Notes: a model not told the origin generated them from the sequence alone. A stretch of 32,000 nt of DNA from Magnetospirillum sp. 15-1 (GCF_900184795.1 NZ_FXXN01000027.1:501336-533335); one strand, 5' to 3'; shown: positions 1 through 11,288, counted from the stretch's first letter. Translations and numbers: made by a program.

Positions 1-392
1 ATCTTGAAGGCCGGGGCATCCAGTCCGGCCAGGAAATCCACCGCCGCCTTGTCGAAGGGCGAGGAAAAGACGATCAGCCCCAGTTCCCTGCCCCGCTCGA
101 ACAGCTTGGGGTGCCAGTCCCAGGGCGTCTGGGCCTCGGCGTAAAGATCGAACAGCTTACGCCCGGCCCACGGGCCGCCCTCGATGACGAAATCGGGGCG
201 GTCGCAATCGATGGTGATGGAATCGGGCTTCAGGGTCTGCAGTTTGACCGCGTCGGCCCCGGCGCTCGCGGCGGCCTCCAGCAGCGCCATGGCGCGGCCC
301 AGGTCGCCGTTATGGTTGGCCGACATCTCGGCGATGACGAACGGCGGATGATCGGGGCCGATGGGGCGGCCGGCGATGGAAATCTCGGTCAT
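1..392 (-). CDS. pseI: pseudaminic acid synthase (NeuB/PseI family), N-terminal part; the gene continues beyond the left edge
   Basis: Not in the ORF track because it runs off the edge. The reverse complement from the ATG at 392 reads MTEISIAGRPIGPDHPPFVIAEMSANHNGDLGRAMALLEAAASAGADAVKL, a typical NeuB/PseI N-terminus. Its ATG overlaps the pseG stop (ATGA at 389-392). Confidence 0.8.
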   Translation of the reverse strand, partial: MTEISIAGRPIGPDHPPFVIAEMSANHNGDLGRAMALLEAAASAGADAVKLQTLKPDSITIDCDRPDFVIEGGPWAGRKLFDLYAEAQTPWDWHPKLFERGRELGLIVFSSPFDKAAVDFLAGLDAPAFK

Positions 393-1363
393 GGGGCAAG
401 GCCTTTCAGGGACGGCAGGCGGCGAAGGGCGTCGGCGACGCGGGCGGCGCCCCGGCCGTCGCACAATCGGGCGGTGGCGGACGACATGGCCCGCAGATCA
501 CCGGGGGAAACGGCCAGGGCGGCGGGCAGGTCCGTCACGGCGATCAGGCGGGCGGCGCCGCTTTCGGCCACCAGACGGGCCACGTCGCGCTGATTGTCGG
601 CGATGACCAGCATCAGGGTGGGCAGGCCCAGGCAGCAGCGTTCCCAGGTGGAGGTTCCGCCGGCGCCGATGGCGAGGTCGGCCCCGGCCATCAGCCCGGC
701 CATGTCCGAGACGCCCACGTGCACGGCGGCGCGGGGCAGGGTGGCGGCCTGGGCACGCACCGCCTCCAGGTGAGGGGCCTTGGCGCCCATCACCACGTCG
801 ATGGCCAGGTCCGAGCCGGCGATGGCCTCCAGCACCGCCCCGGTGACGTTGTCGGGATCGGTGCCGCCCAGGCTGACCAGAAGGCGGCGCAAGGACCCGT
901 CGCGCCGCGCCAGGGCGGCCGGGCGGGCGGCGGCGAATTGCGGCCGCAGCAGGGCATATTCGGAGCCGGCCAGCACGATGCTGTTGTGGGGCGCCAGATC
1001 GCGGTATTCCTCCGCCCGGCGCCCGAAGGTCTGGTCGAGCAGCAGGTCGCAATGATGGCGCCGGATGGGCAGGTCATCCATGACCATCACCGCCCGGCTC
1101 ATGCTTCGGATGCGGGCTTCCTCCGCCGCGTCGATGCCGTAATGGTCGACCACCACCAGGGCGGCGCCGAAGGGCAGGCGTTCGGGCGGCAGGACCGGAT
1201 AGGGCAGCGACGGCACGAGTTCGCGGGTTCCCGCCGCCGCGACGAACAGGCATAGGGCGCCCCGCCGCGACACTTCGTCGGCCAGGGTAAGGCAGCGCGT
1301 GACGTGGCCGGTGCCGATGGCGGCGGAAGCGTCGGCGCGAAAACAGATGGTGGGCGTGACCAT
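389..1363 (-). CDS. pseG: UDP-2,4-diacetamido-2,4,6-trideoxy-beta-L-altropyranose hydrolase (PseG-like, GT28-type fold)
   Basis: Taken from ORF 389..1492. I prefer the internal ATG at 1363 (MVTPTICFRADASAAIGTGHVTRCLTLADE), a PseG-like N-terminus. The GGTDPDNVT motif is present. The gene sits in the pse cluster and is stop/start coupled to pseI. Confidence 0.7.
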   Translation of the reverse strand: MVTPTICFRADASAAIGTGHVTRCLTLADEVSRRGALCLFVAAAGTRELVPSLPYPVLPPERLPFGAALVVVDHYGIDAAEEARIRSMSRAVMVMDDLPIRRHHCDLLLDQTFGRRAEEYRDLAPHNSIVLAGSEYALLRPQFAAARPAALARRDGSLRRLLVSLGGTDPDNVTGAVLEAIAGSDLAIDVVMGAKAPHLEAVRAQAATLPRAAVHVGVSDMAGLMAGADLAIGAGGTSTWERCCLGLPTLMLVIADNQRDVARLVAESGAARLIAVTDLPAALAVSPGDLRAMSSATARLCDGRGAARVADALRRLPSLKGLAP

Positions 1364-1421
1364 GACTGGAAAACTGGCTAGACTCGTCGCTCCAGTATAG
1401 GCGGGTCGGAGGGCAGGGCAA

Positions 1422-4154
<2,733 letters not shown>

Positions 4155-4212
4155 GTGGAATGGCGGGTCCTCTTGGCCCGTTCGTCACCGTCGGGAGGCG
4201 GATGCGATGATT

Positions 4213-4331
4213 CACCACCAAGACACCAAGAACACCAAGAGGGCGCAGCCCTCGGGCTCTCTCTCCCTTTTTCGGCGACAGCCGCAAGCCGAGGGGAAAA
4301 GTCGCCTTGGTGTTCTTGGTGTCTTGGTGGT
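4213..4331. repeat. palindromic intergenic element A: 26-bp perfect inverted repeat made of three CACCAAG heptamers per arm, with a 66-nt spacer
   Basis: The left arm caccaccaagacaccaagaacaccaag (4213-4239) is the reverse complement of cttggtgttcttggtgtcttggtggt (4306-4331). The spacer has its own small hairpin, gagggc-gca-gccctc. The element lies between pseC and the next gene. Confidence 0.85.
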
Positions 4332-4379
4332 TGAGCGGCGGTGCCGCCCCACGGGGCGATTCGTTCGGGATGACAATCC

Positions 4380-5117
4380 ATGACCGCCGCAATCATCGTC
4401 CAGGCCCGCATGGGCTCCACCCGTCTGCCGGGCAAGGTTCTGAAACCCCTGGGCGGCATGACCGCCCTGGCCCAGTGTCTGCGCCGATGCAAGGCCATTC
4501 CCGGTATCGACCGGGTGGTCTGCGCCATCCCCCATGGCGATGCCGAGGCGCCGGTGGCGGCGGAAGCGGAGCGGTGCGGCGCCCTGGTGGCGCGCGGTCC
4601 TTCCGACGACGTGCTGAAACGCTATCGCATCGCGGCCGAGGCGGCGGGGGCCGATATCGTCATGCGGGTGACCAGCGACTGTCCGCTGATCGACCCCCTG
4701 CTGTGCGGGCGCCTGCTGACCAAGCTGCGGGACGAGGGGCTGGACTTCGTCTGCAACAACACCCCTCATTCCTGGCCGCACGGCCTGGACGCCGAGGCGT
4801 TCACCATGAGGCTGCTGGCCGAGGCCGACGAGCGGGCCACCGAACCCTTCGACCGCGAGCACGTCACGCCGTGGATGCGCCGTGCTCCCCACCTGAAGCG
4901 CGGCAATATCGCCCGTGATGGGGCCGATCTGTCGGAAGAGTGCCGCTGGACCCTGGACTATCCCGAGGATTACGCCTTCCTGGCGGCACTGTTCGAGCGC
5001 CTGCCGGAAGCCATCGTGCCCATGGACGACGTGCTGGCGGTGCTGGCGGCCCATCCCGAACTGGCGGAAATCAACGCCATGCGCCGGGGAGTTAGGGCCA
5101 AGCCGCCTGGGACGTAG
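4380..5117 (+). CDS. cytidylyltransferase (SpsF/PseF-like, CTP_transf_3-type); putative CMP-pseudaminic acid synthetase
   Basis: 245 aa with the N-terminus AAIIVQARMGSTRLPGKVLKPLGG, typical of SpsF/NeuA-like cytidylyltransferases. It is the last gene of the pse cluster. Confidence 0.6.
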   Translation: MTAAIIVQARMGSTRLPGKVLKPLGGMTALAQCLRRCKAIPGIDRVVCAIPHGDAEAPVAAEAERCGALVARGPSDDVLKRYRIAAEAAGADIVMRVTSDCPLIDPLLCGRLLTKLRDEGLDFVCNNTPHSWPHGLDAEAFTMRLLAEADERATEPFDREHVTPWMRRAPHLKRGNIARDGADLSEECRWTLDYPEDYAFLAALFERLPEAIVPMDDVLAVLAAHPELAEINAMRRGVRAKPPGT

Positions 5118-5155
5118 CGCTCTTTCCAAGTGCGGTGCGGGCGACCCCACCGTTC

Positions 5156-5239
5156 CACCACGAAGTCACCAAGGTTGGAAGGAACACGAAGGAGAAATCT
5201 TGTCTTCTCTCTCCTTCGTGCCTTCGAGCCTTCGTGGTG
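5156..5239. repeat. palindromic intergenic element B: nested inverted repeats built from CACGAAG/CACCAAG heptamers; possible bidirectional terminator
   Basis: The outer inverted repeat is caccacgaag (5156-5165) against cttcgtggtg (5230-5239). The inner one is cacgaaggag (5185-5194) against ctccttcgtg (5211-5220). It uses the same heptamer vocabulary as element A and lies between the convergent stops of the cytidylyltransferase gene and maeB. Confidence 0.8.
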
Positions 5240-5257
5240 AACTCCGCTCCGGCGCGC

Positions 5258-7546
5258 CTACCGCCCCTTGCCCGCGTGCATCTGGGCATCCACCGCCGCC
5301 AGGGCGGTGATGTTGATGATGTTGCGCACGGTGGCCGACGGGGTGAGCACGTGGGCCGGCTGGGCGATGCCCATCAGGATCGGCCCCACCGACAGGGCGT
5401 CGCCCGCCACCTTCAGCAGGTTGAACGAGATGTTGGCGGCGTCCAGCGTCGGCATGACCAGCAGGTTGGCCGCACCCTTCAGCTTGGAATTGGGGAAGAT
5501 GCGGGTGCGGATTTCCTCGGACAGGGCGGCGTCGCCGTGCATCTCGCCCTCGGCTTCCAGATAGGGAGCCTTCTCGCGCAGCAGGGCCAGGGCGTCGCGC
5601 TGGCGCTGGGCCGAGGCGGTGGAACGGTTGCCGAAATTGGCGTGGGACAGGAAGGCGACCTTGGGCTCGATGCCGAAGCGCCGCACCTCTTCCGAGGCCA
5701 GCAGGGTCATATCGCAAATCTGCTCGGGCGTCGGCTCGGGCGTCACGTAGGTGTCGCAGATGAAGAATGTGCCGGCCGGCATGATCAAGAGGTTCATGGC
5801 CGCCGGCACCTTGACGCCTTCGCGCGTGCCGATGACGTTGAGGATGTGCGACAGGTGCTTGTCGTAGCGGCCGATGGTGCCGCAGATCATGGCGTCCACT
5901 TCCTTGCGCTTCAGCATCAGGGTGCCGATCACCGTGTTGCGGGTGCGCACCACGGTCCGCGCGTATTCGGGGCTGACGCCCTGGCGCTCCATGATGGTGT
6001 GGTAGAGGCGCCAGTACTCGTTGAAGCGGGGATCGTCCTCGGGGTCGCACAGGTCGAAGTCCTGATCGATGCGGATGCGCAGGTCCAGGTCGTGGATGCG
6101 CTTTTCCACCACCTCGCGCCGGCCGATCAGCACGGGCCGGGCCAGGCCTTCGTCCACCACGGTCTGCACGGCGTGCAGCACGCGGCGGCCTTCGCCCTCG
6201 GTATAGACGATGCGGCGCATGTCCTGGCGGGCGCGGTCGAACACCGGCTTCATCACCAGGCCGGAGCGGAACACGAACTGGTTGAGCCGGTCCATGTAGA
6301 CGTCGAAATCGATGATCGGGCGGCGCGCCACGCCGGATTCCATGGCTGCCTTGGCGACCGCCGGGGCGATCTTGATGATCAGGCGGGAATCGAACGGCTT
6401 GGGGATCAGGTATTCCGGCCCGAAGGTCAGCGGCGCGGTGCCGTAGGCGGCGCGCACCCGCTCGTCCGACTCGGCCATGGCGAGGTTGGCCAGGGCGTAG
6501 ACGCAGGCCAGCTTCATGGAATCGTTGATCTCGGTGGCGCCCACGTCCAGGGCGCCGCGGAAGATATAGGGGAACACCAGGACGTTGTTGACCTGATTGG
6601 GGTAGTCCGAGCGGCCGGTGGCGATGATGGCGTCGGGGCGCACCGCCTTGACCTCGTCGGGAAGGATTTCCGGGGTCGGGTTGGCCAGGGCGAAGACGAT
6701 GGGCTTTTGCGCCATCTTGTCGACCATCTCGCCGGTCAGCACGCGCGGCGCGGAGAGGCCAAGGAAGATGTCGGCGCCCTCGATGACCTCGGCCAGGGTG
6801 CGCATGTCGGTCTTCTTGGCGTAGATCGACTTGTACTGGTCCATCAGCTCGGTGCGGCCCTCGTAGACCACCCCCTTGATGTCGGTGACCCAGACGTTCT
6901 CGCGCTTGACGCCCAGCTTGCACAGCAGGTTGAGGCAGGCCAGGGCGGCGGCGCCGGCGCCGGATGCCACCAGCTTGACGTCGCCGATATTCTTGCCCAC
7001 CACGCGCAGCGCGTTGACCATGGCGGCGCCCACCACGATGGCGGTGCCGTGCTGGTCGTCGTGCATGACCGGAATCCTGACCCGTTCCTGCAGCTTGCGC
7101 TCCACCTCGAAGCACTCGGGGGCCTTGATGTCTTCCAGGTTGATGGCGCCGAAGGTGGGCTCCATGGCGGCGATGATGTCGACCAGCTTGTCGGGGTCGA
7201 GTTCGGCCAGCTCCATGTCGAACACATCGATGCCGGCGAACTTCTTGAACAGGACGCCCTTGCCCTCCATCACCGGCTTGGCGGCCAGCGGGCCGATGGG
7301 GCCCAGGCCCAGCACGGCGGTGCCGTTGGTCACCACGGCCACCAGATTGCCGCGCGCCGTCACGTCGGCGGCGCTGTCCTCGTCGGCGACGATCAACTCG
7401 CAGGCGGCGGCCACGCCGGGGGAATAGGCCAGCGCCAGGTCGCGCTGGGTGGCCAGCGGCTTGGTCGGGGTGACACTGATCTTACCGGGAGTGGGCAGGC
7501 GGTGGTATTCCAGCGCCGCGTCGCGCAATTCGTCGGACATGCTCAT
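5258..7546 (-). CDS. maeB: NADP-dependent malic enzyme (malic enzyme plus C-terminal phosphotransacetylase-like domain)
   Basis: 762 aa. The N-terminus [39 protein letters not shown] and the two-domain length are characteristic of MaeB. Confidence 0.9.
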   Translation of the reverse strand: MSMSDELRDAALEYHRLPTPGKISVTPTKPLATQRDLALAYSPGVAAACELIVADEDSAADVTARGNLVAVVTNGTAVLGLGPIGPLAAKPVMEGKGVLFKKFAGIDVFDMELAELDPDKLVDIIAAMEPTFGAINLEDIKAPECFEVERKLQERVRIPVMHDDQHGTAIVVGAAMVNALRVVGKNIGDVKLVASGAGAAALACLNLLCKLGVKRENVWVTDIKGVVYEGRTELMDQYKSIYAKKTDMRTLAEVIEGADIFLGLSAPRVLTGEMVDKMAQKPIVFALANPTPEILPDEVKAVRPDAIIATGRSDYPNQVNNVLVFPYIFRGALDVGATEINDSMKLACVYALANLAMAESDERVRAAYGTAPLTFGPEYLIPKPFDSRLIIKIAPAVAKAAMESGVARRPIIDFDVYMDRLNQFVFRSGLVMKPVFDRARQDMRRIVYTEGEGRRVLHAVQTVVDEGLARPVLIGRREVVEKRIHDLDLRIRIDQDFDLCDPEDDPRFNEYWRLYHTIMERQGVSPEYARTVVRTRNTVIGTLMLKRKEVDAMICGTIGRYDKHLSHILNVIGTREGVKVPAAMNLLIMPAGTFFICDTYVTPEPTPEQICDMTLLASEEVRRFGIEPKVAFLSHANFGNRSTASAQRQRDALALLREKAPYLEAEGEMHGDAALSEEIRTRIFPNSKLKGAANLLVMPTLDAANISFNLLKVAGDALSVGPILMGIAQPAHVLTPSATVRNIINITALAAVDAQMHAGKGR

Positions 7547-7730
7547 GGAACGTGGACCTCTAGGGTAACGTTATTTCTCGATCGGGGGCGATACCATACT
7601 CGCTTGAGGCCGCCGAGCAAAGCCTCCGATCAGTGAAATTTCGGAAAACCACAGGAAATGCAACGGCATGGCGGTATGACCAGCGCGCGGACCGAAGGTA
7701 ATAAAGTTGCGTTTATGGCCCGGAAACAAC

Positions 7731-7759
7731 CAAGCCCGCCGGGGTCGCCGGCGGGCTTG
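7731..7759 (-). terminator. GC-rich hairpin (12-bp stem, 5-nt loop), terminator-like on the minus strand
   Basis: caagcccgccgg (7731-7742) pairs with ccggcgggcttg (7748-7759). On the minus strand it is followed by GTTGTTTCC. There is no U-tract on the plus strand. No gene currently reads into it. Confidence 0.3.
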
Positions 7760-7949
7760 ATGGATGCAGATGGTGCGGCCAAGGATACCGTGAAAACCCA
7801 GAAACCCAAGGGATTCGCGCTCTTGGCCGGATTTTTCAATCGGAACATTAACGCAACAAACAGACACCAATCCACAAACACCGACACTCGTCCGCTGACT
7901 CATTGCTGTCCAAAGGGTGGCCCCTATATCCGGCAATGGAGAAACCGAT

Positions 7950-9173
7950 ATGCCGACCATTAAATTAACCGCTACCGCCGTCAAGAGTCTTGTTCCCAGC
8001 ACAACACCCATTCGCGTTTGGGATATCAACCTTCCAGGCTTCGGGGTGCGCGTCTGGCCGTCCGGCAAAAAGACCTACATGATCCAATTCCGGGACAAAT
8101 ACCGTCGCACGCGGTTCATGACCCTTGGTGACTCTCGCGTCGTCCATTTCGAGCAGGCGAAGGAGAAGGCTCGGGGAATCCTTGCCCGTAACACCTTGGG
8201 TGAGGAGATCGTCACGAAGCGGAAGGTTCCGCTCCTGACCATCGGTCAACTCATGGACCAATACATTGCGGGACGAATCGAGGAGCGGGAAACCAGAACT
8301 CTGGTCAATCTGAAATCACTGAACCGACGATATATAAAGCCACGATTTGGCAACACGCCGTATCAGGAATTGAGCCACAAGGACATCAAGGATTACCACG
8401 CCAAACTCACGAACGAGGGAAAGCCTTCCCAAGCCGACAATATGGTGAAATATCTCACCGCCATGTGGCATTGGTGCAGCCCTGAGATTATTGAAGATCG
8501 GCCATGTCCGTCGTTGAAAATAGAGTTCAATGGCTCGGAAGCACGGGAGCGCATCCTGTCTAACAAGGAGTATAGGGCGCTTTGGGCGGCCATTGATTGC
8601 CACATCCGTCAGCCAAGGGTCTACAAATACAGCGTGTGGGCTATCGAGTTCATCGTTTTGACCGGCATTAGGAAGAGTGAGGCCCTCGGCATCAAGAAAT
8701 CGGCTATCGACATGGATTCCTGCGTGATCCACGTCCAGGATAAAGGCCATTCACGAAGCAGAAAACAACGGTCAAAAGAGGTAGATATAACTGAACCAGT
8801 TAAAAATCTGCTGGAACGCATCACAGACTCAGAAAGTGAATATCTGTTCCCATCCTACCGAGACAAGGGCAAGCCCCTCAAATCAATTGATGCGGTGTGG
8901 GCACAAATCAGGAAGGATGCGGGCCTTCACTCGGAGGAAAAAGATCAAACCGTTTGGATACACGATCTTCGCCGGTCGTATATATCGTTTGGTACGGATG
9001 AAATGAATATATCGGTCAATGATGTGTCAAAGGCTGTCGGCCACAGTACCGTTGCCCTCACTGACAAATATTACAACCGGCAGAAGACGGAGAATAAGAA
9101 GAGAACAAACCAAAAAATCTCGGAAGGAATTGCCAGCATCCGGAATGCTGCCGATACAACGCAGCCTGGATAA
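7950..9173 (+). CDS. tyrosine-type site-specific integrase (P4-like, N-terminal DUF4102-type arm-binding domain)
   Basis: ORF 7917..9173 trimmed to the ATG at 7950, which has GGAG at 7938-7941. The N-terminus LTATAVKSL...WDINLPGFGVRVWPSGKKTYMIQFR is P4-integrase-like. Catalytic signatures HDLRRS and GHSTVALTDKYY are present. Confidence 0.9.
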   Translation: MPTIKLTATAVKSLVPSTTPIRVWDINLPGFGVRVWPSGKKTYMIQFRDKYRRTRFMTLGDSRVVHFEQAKEKARGILARNTLGEEIVTKRKVPLLTIGQLMDQYIAGRIEERETRTLVNLKSLNRRYIKPRFGNTPYQELSHKDIKDYHAKLTNEGKPSQADNMVKYLTAMWHWCSPEIIEDRPCPSLKIEFNGSEARERILSNKEYRALWAAIDCHIRQPRVYKYSVWAIEFIVLTGIRKSEALGIKKSAIDMDSCVIHVQDKGHSRSRKQRSKEVDITEPVKNLLERITDSESEYLFPSYRDKGKPLKSIDAVWAQIRKDAGLHSEEKDQTVWIHDLRRSYISFGTDEMNISVNDVSKAVGHSTVALTDKYYNRQKTENKKRTNQKISEGIASIRNAADTTQPG

Positions 9174-9204
9174 ATACCTCCATCATCAACTAATGGAGAT
9201 TCCC

Positions 9205-9618
9205 ATGTCCGACATCTGCGCAATCCCATCCCATCCACGGCCTGTCAGCATCGTGCTGGTTCCGATTGCCGGGATGGTGTCGGCCAGACCAGACCTGGGC
9301 CATTTCACGGCGCTTGAAGAGGTCAGGCTCTGCATGGCCGGGATGCCGATCAAGGATGCCGACATACGATTTTACGATATGCGCGACCACGGAAGTCGGA
9401 TCACCCTTGAATTCTCCGGCACCGCCATTGGCTACACTTCGATTGGCATGGCACCCGGCATCGAAATGGTGGCTCAGGCTCCAATTGAGGTCTCGACCGG
9501 TGATGTCGTCGGCATCGCCGACCGCGCCGCACTGAAACTCGGCCCAGTTATCACCATGCTTGATCCAGATGGTGACGTACTTCAAATGACCACAAACAGT
9601 TATGAGATCAATTTTTGA
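9205..9618 (+). CDS. hypothetical protein
   Basis: ORF 9019..9618 trimmed to the ATG at 9205, 7 nt after GGAG; 9193 is also possible. The composition is protein-like but no motif is recognised. Confidence 0.4.
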   Translation: MSDICAIPSHPRPVSIVLVPIAGMVSARPDLGHFTALEEVRLCMAGMPIKDADIRFYDMRDHGSRITLEFSGTAIGYTSIGMAPGIEMVAQAPIEVSTGDVVGIADRAALKLGPVITMLDPDGDVLQMTTNSYEINF

Positions 9619-9772
9619 TTTCGTAGAACTCTTCGCATTCAAAGCAGCGCAGTTTGCCGGATAAGGTCACGCAGAAAGTTATTCCACCGCAGTGCGGGCA
9701 GGTTCTGGCGTGATCATCAGGGTTTTTTGATCGATCATTTGGAAACTTTATGATTTTGCATTCACTCTCCAT
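9608..9772 (-). CDS. small zinc-ribbon protein (54 aa, CxxC-x14-CxxC)
   Basis: Not in the ORF track because it is under 60 aa. My translation is MESECKIIKFPNDRSKNPDDHARTCPHCGGITFCVTLSGKLRCFECEEFYEIKN. Its ATG at 9772 lies inside the last codons of the upstream gene (ATGGAGAGTGA). The ribbon aligns with the N-terminal ribbon of the 141-aa neighbour. Confidence 0.45.
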   Translation of the reverse strand: MESECKIIKFPNDRSKNPDDHARTCPHCGGITFCVTLSGKLRCFECEEFYEIKN

Positions 9773-10187
9773 TGATGTTTCCCGTTTCTAATTTTCGACA
9801 CTCCATTCTTATCCTCGTTAAATCAGCCTCTCGCTCGCACCACACCATGACCTCGGCATAGCCCAATCGGGAAAACACCACGTTCAGGTGAGTGGGGGTG
9901 AGTTCACCGCCGCCGTTGTCGGTCATGACGACCACACCCGCGCAGTTGGAGGTCAGTTTGCTCAAGGCGACAAACCCTTCACGGTCCATGGCAAATGATG
10001 AGTGGTGCGGAAATCGGGCGCCAAGAGCATTCATCCGTTCATCGATGTCGTGTTGTGGGTGCTCAGTTGGTGCATAAACGCATCCGCAATTTGCGCATCG
10101 GATAATATAATTGTGCATAATCAAGAAATTATATCTGCCACATGTCTGGCAGCTTATTACTATTTGGTTTTGATTGTTAATAGCCAT
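9762..10187 (-). CDS. zinc-ribbon domain protein (141 aa), function unknown
   Basis: A strong SD (GGAGGTG) lies 5 nt before the ATG at 10187. The N-terminal ribbon is SCQTCGRYNFLIMHNYIIRCANCGC (CxxC-x14-CxxC). The C-terminal ~95 aa are unrecognised. Confidence 0.65.
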   Translation of the reverse strand: MAINNQNQIVISCQTCGRYNFLIMHNYIIRCANCGCVYAPTEHPQHDIDERMNALGARFPHHSSFAMDREGFVALSKLTSNCAGVVVMTDNGGGELTPTHLNVVFSRLGYAEVMVWCEREADLTRIRMECRKLETGNINGE

Positions 10188-10250
10188 GGCATCACCTCCA
10201 TGACTATTTATGCTGCGTGAGCAGCAGCATGAAGGCCGTAGCAGGCGGGC

Positions 10251-11288
10251 CTATTGAGACAATGGCCGGGTGAAGACCTCCCAGAGATACATGGCGGCAT
10301 TCTTCACATTCAGAGATTCACGTCCCCGAGCGATCATCGCCATCCCCATGGCCTTGAGATAGATGTCTCGGCCATCATCCTCGACGAGAAGGCTTTCGTT
10401 GTAGCCATTGTCCTGGTCGATCTGAAACGACCCCTGCGAGTAGCAAATTTCCCGCCCCCGCCCAGACAGCCAAATTTTGCACCGGCCCACGCTCTTGCCA
10501 TCGACATAGACCTCGGCGGTGAATTTGTGCGGTGTCACCGGGGTATGGCGGCATTGAACGTGGGGGTGCTGGTCTCTTTCCAAAACCCCCAGCGCCTCCT
10601 GGAAATAGGTCGAAATCTCCTGCATCGCCTCGACCGCAAATTGATCCCGTTCAGCGTCTGAAATGCTCCGCTTGATCCTGGGAATGGAAATCGCGATGCC
10701 ATTTCGAACAGGAGGTGGCTCGGCAGTTTGCGGAGCCGGTTGTGGAATCGCCTCATGCGCCCAGTGAAGGGCGAACAGATTTGCCTCGCCCGCCCCCTTT
10801 GCCAATTGCTTCTTCCCGATGGAGGTGCCGCCGATATTGCGGACGTTCTCTCGGTGAAGCTGGGAGAAAAAGTGGTCAGAACACCACACCTCGTTGGGGG
10901 CAACCACCGGCTCGATCCGTGCGGCCCGATCAATCCCGCCACTGCTGACGTCGATGATCTTGCCACCCTCCTCGATCAAATTAACCTTCTGGAGATCGAG
11001 GCCGATGCGAATGGTCACCGAATCGGAAAAGCCAAGCCGTATCCAATCGGTGTTGCGAAAGCGATCCTTCACGGTGAGGGCCGCTTCGGCCATTTCGGTC
11101 CCATCCACCCCGCAGATGAAGAAGCCATCGCCGGTGTGCTTGGTGAGCAGAACCTGGAAGCGGCCCTCGATCTCGTCGAGCAGCCGATGAACGAAACGGT
11201 TCAAGTCGGTCTTCAAGCGATCATCGGTGATTTTCGATGACCCAACGATGTCGGCAAAGATGATGGGGCAAATCTGGGTGCGATTCAT
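10251..11288 (-). CDS. class III nucleotidyl cyclase (cyclase homology domain) fused to an unrecognised ~160-aa C-terminal domain
   Basis: The N-terminal ~180 aa carry the class III cyclase pattern: IIFADIVGSS (metal Asp), HTGDGFF (second Asp), TIRIGLD and GGIDRAARIEPVVAPNEVWCS. The C-terminal half (from ~IPRIKRSISDAERDQF to the end) has no motif I recognise and no TM segment. Confidence 0.75.
   Translation of the reverse strand: MNRTQICPIIFADIVGSSKITDDRLKTDLNRFVHRLLDEIEGRFQVLLTKHTGDGFFICGVDGTEMAEAALTVKDRFRNTDWIRLGFSDSVTIRIGLDLQKVNLIEEGGKIIDVSSGGIDRAARIEPVVAPNEVWCSDHFFSQLHRENVRNIGGTSIGKKQLAKGAGEANLFALHWAHEAIPQPAPQTAEPPPVRNGIAISIPRIKRSISDAERDQFAVEAMQEISTYFQEALGVLERDQHPHVQCRHTPVTPHKFTAEVYVDGKSVGRCKIWLSGRGREICYSQGSFQIDQDNGYNESLLVEDDGRDIYLKAMGMAMIARGRESLNVKNAAMYLWEVFTRPLSQ

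Noticed and set aside
5135-7636. 833-aa plus-strand ORF, along with 5166..7115 (minus strand) and other long ORFs across the same region
   Set aside because: They lie antisense to or out of frame with maeB. Their composition is Gly/Ala/Arg/His-rich, typical of shadow ORFs in high-GC DNA. maeB itself has a clear family identity.
7547-7949. Possible tRNA, tmRNA or SRP RNA as the integrase target
   Set aside because: No T-loop (GGTTCGAATCC-like) motif, no acceptor-stem/CCA pairing and no SRP GGAA tetraloop context could be found on either strand. gggattcgcgctc at ~7809 is superficially T-arm-like but has no pairing stems. The point is kept only as an open question in the findings.
9190-9642. 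150-aa minus-strand ORF opposite the 9205..9618 gene
   Set aside because: Its composition is His/Trp/Gly-rich and not protein-like, and it has no SD. The plus-strand frame has an SD and more plausible composition, although that gene is itself only moderately supported.
10251-11288. Calling the cyclase locus a canonical Pycsar system
   Set aside because: No adjacent gene encodes a cNMP-binding domain fused to a TM or TIR effector, and the cyclase carries an extra unknown domain. It is therefore reported as a candidate new architecture instead.
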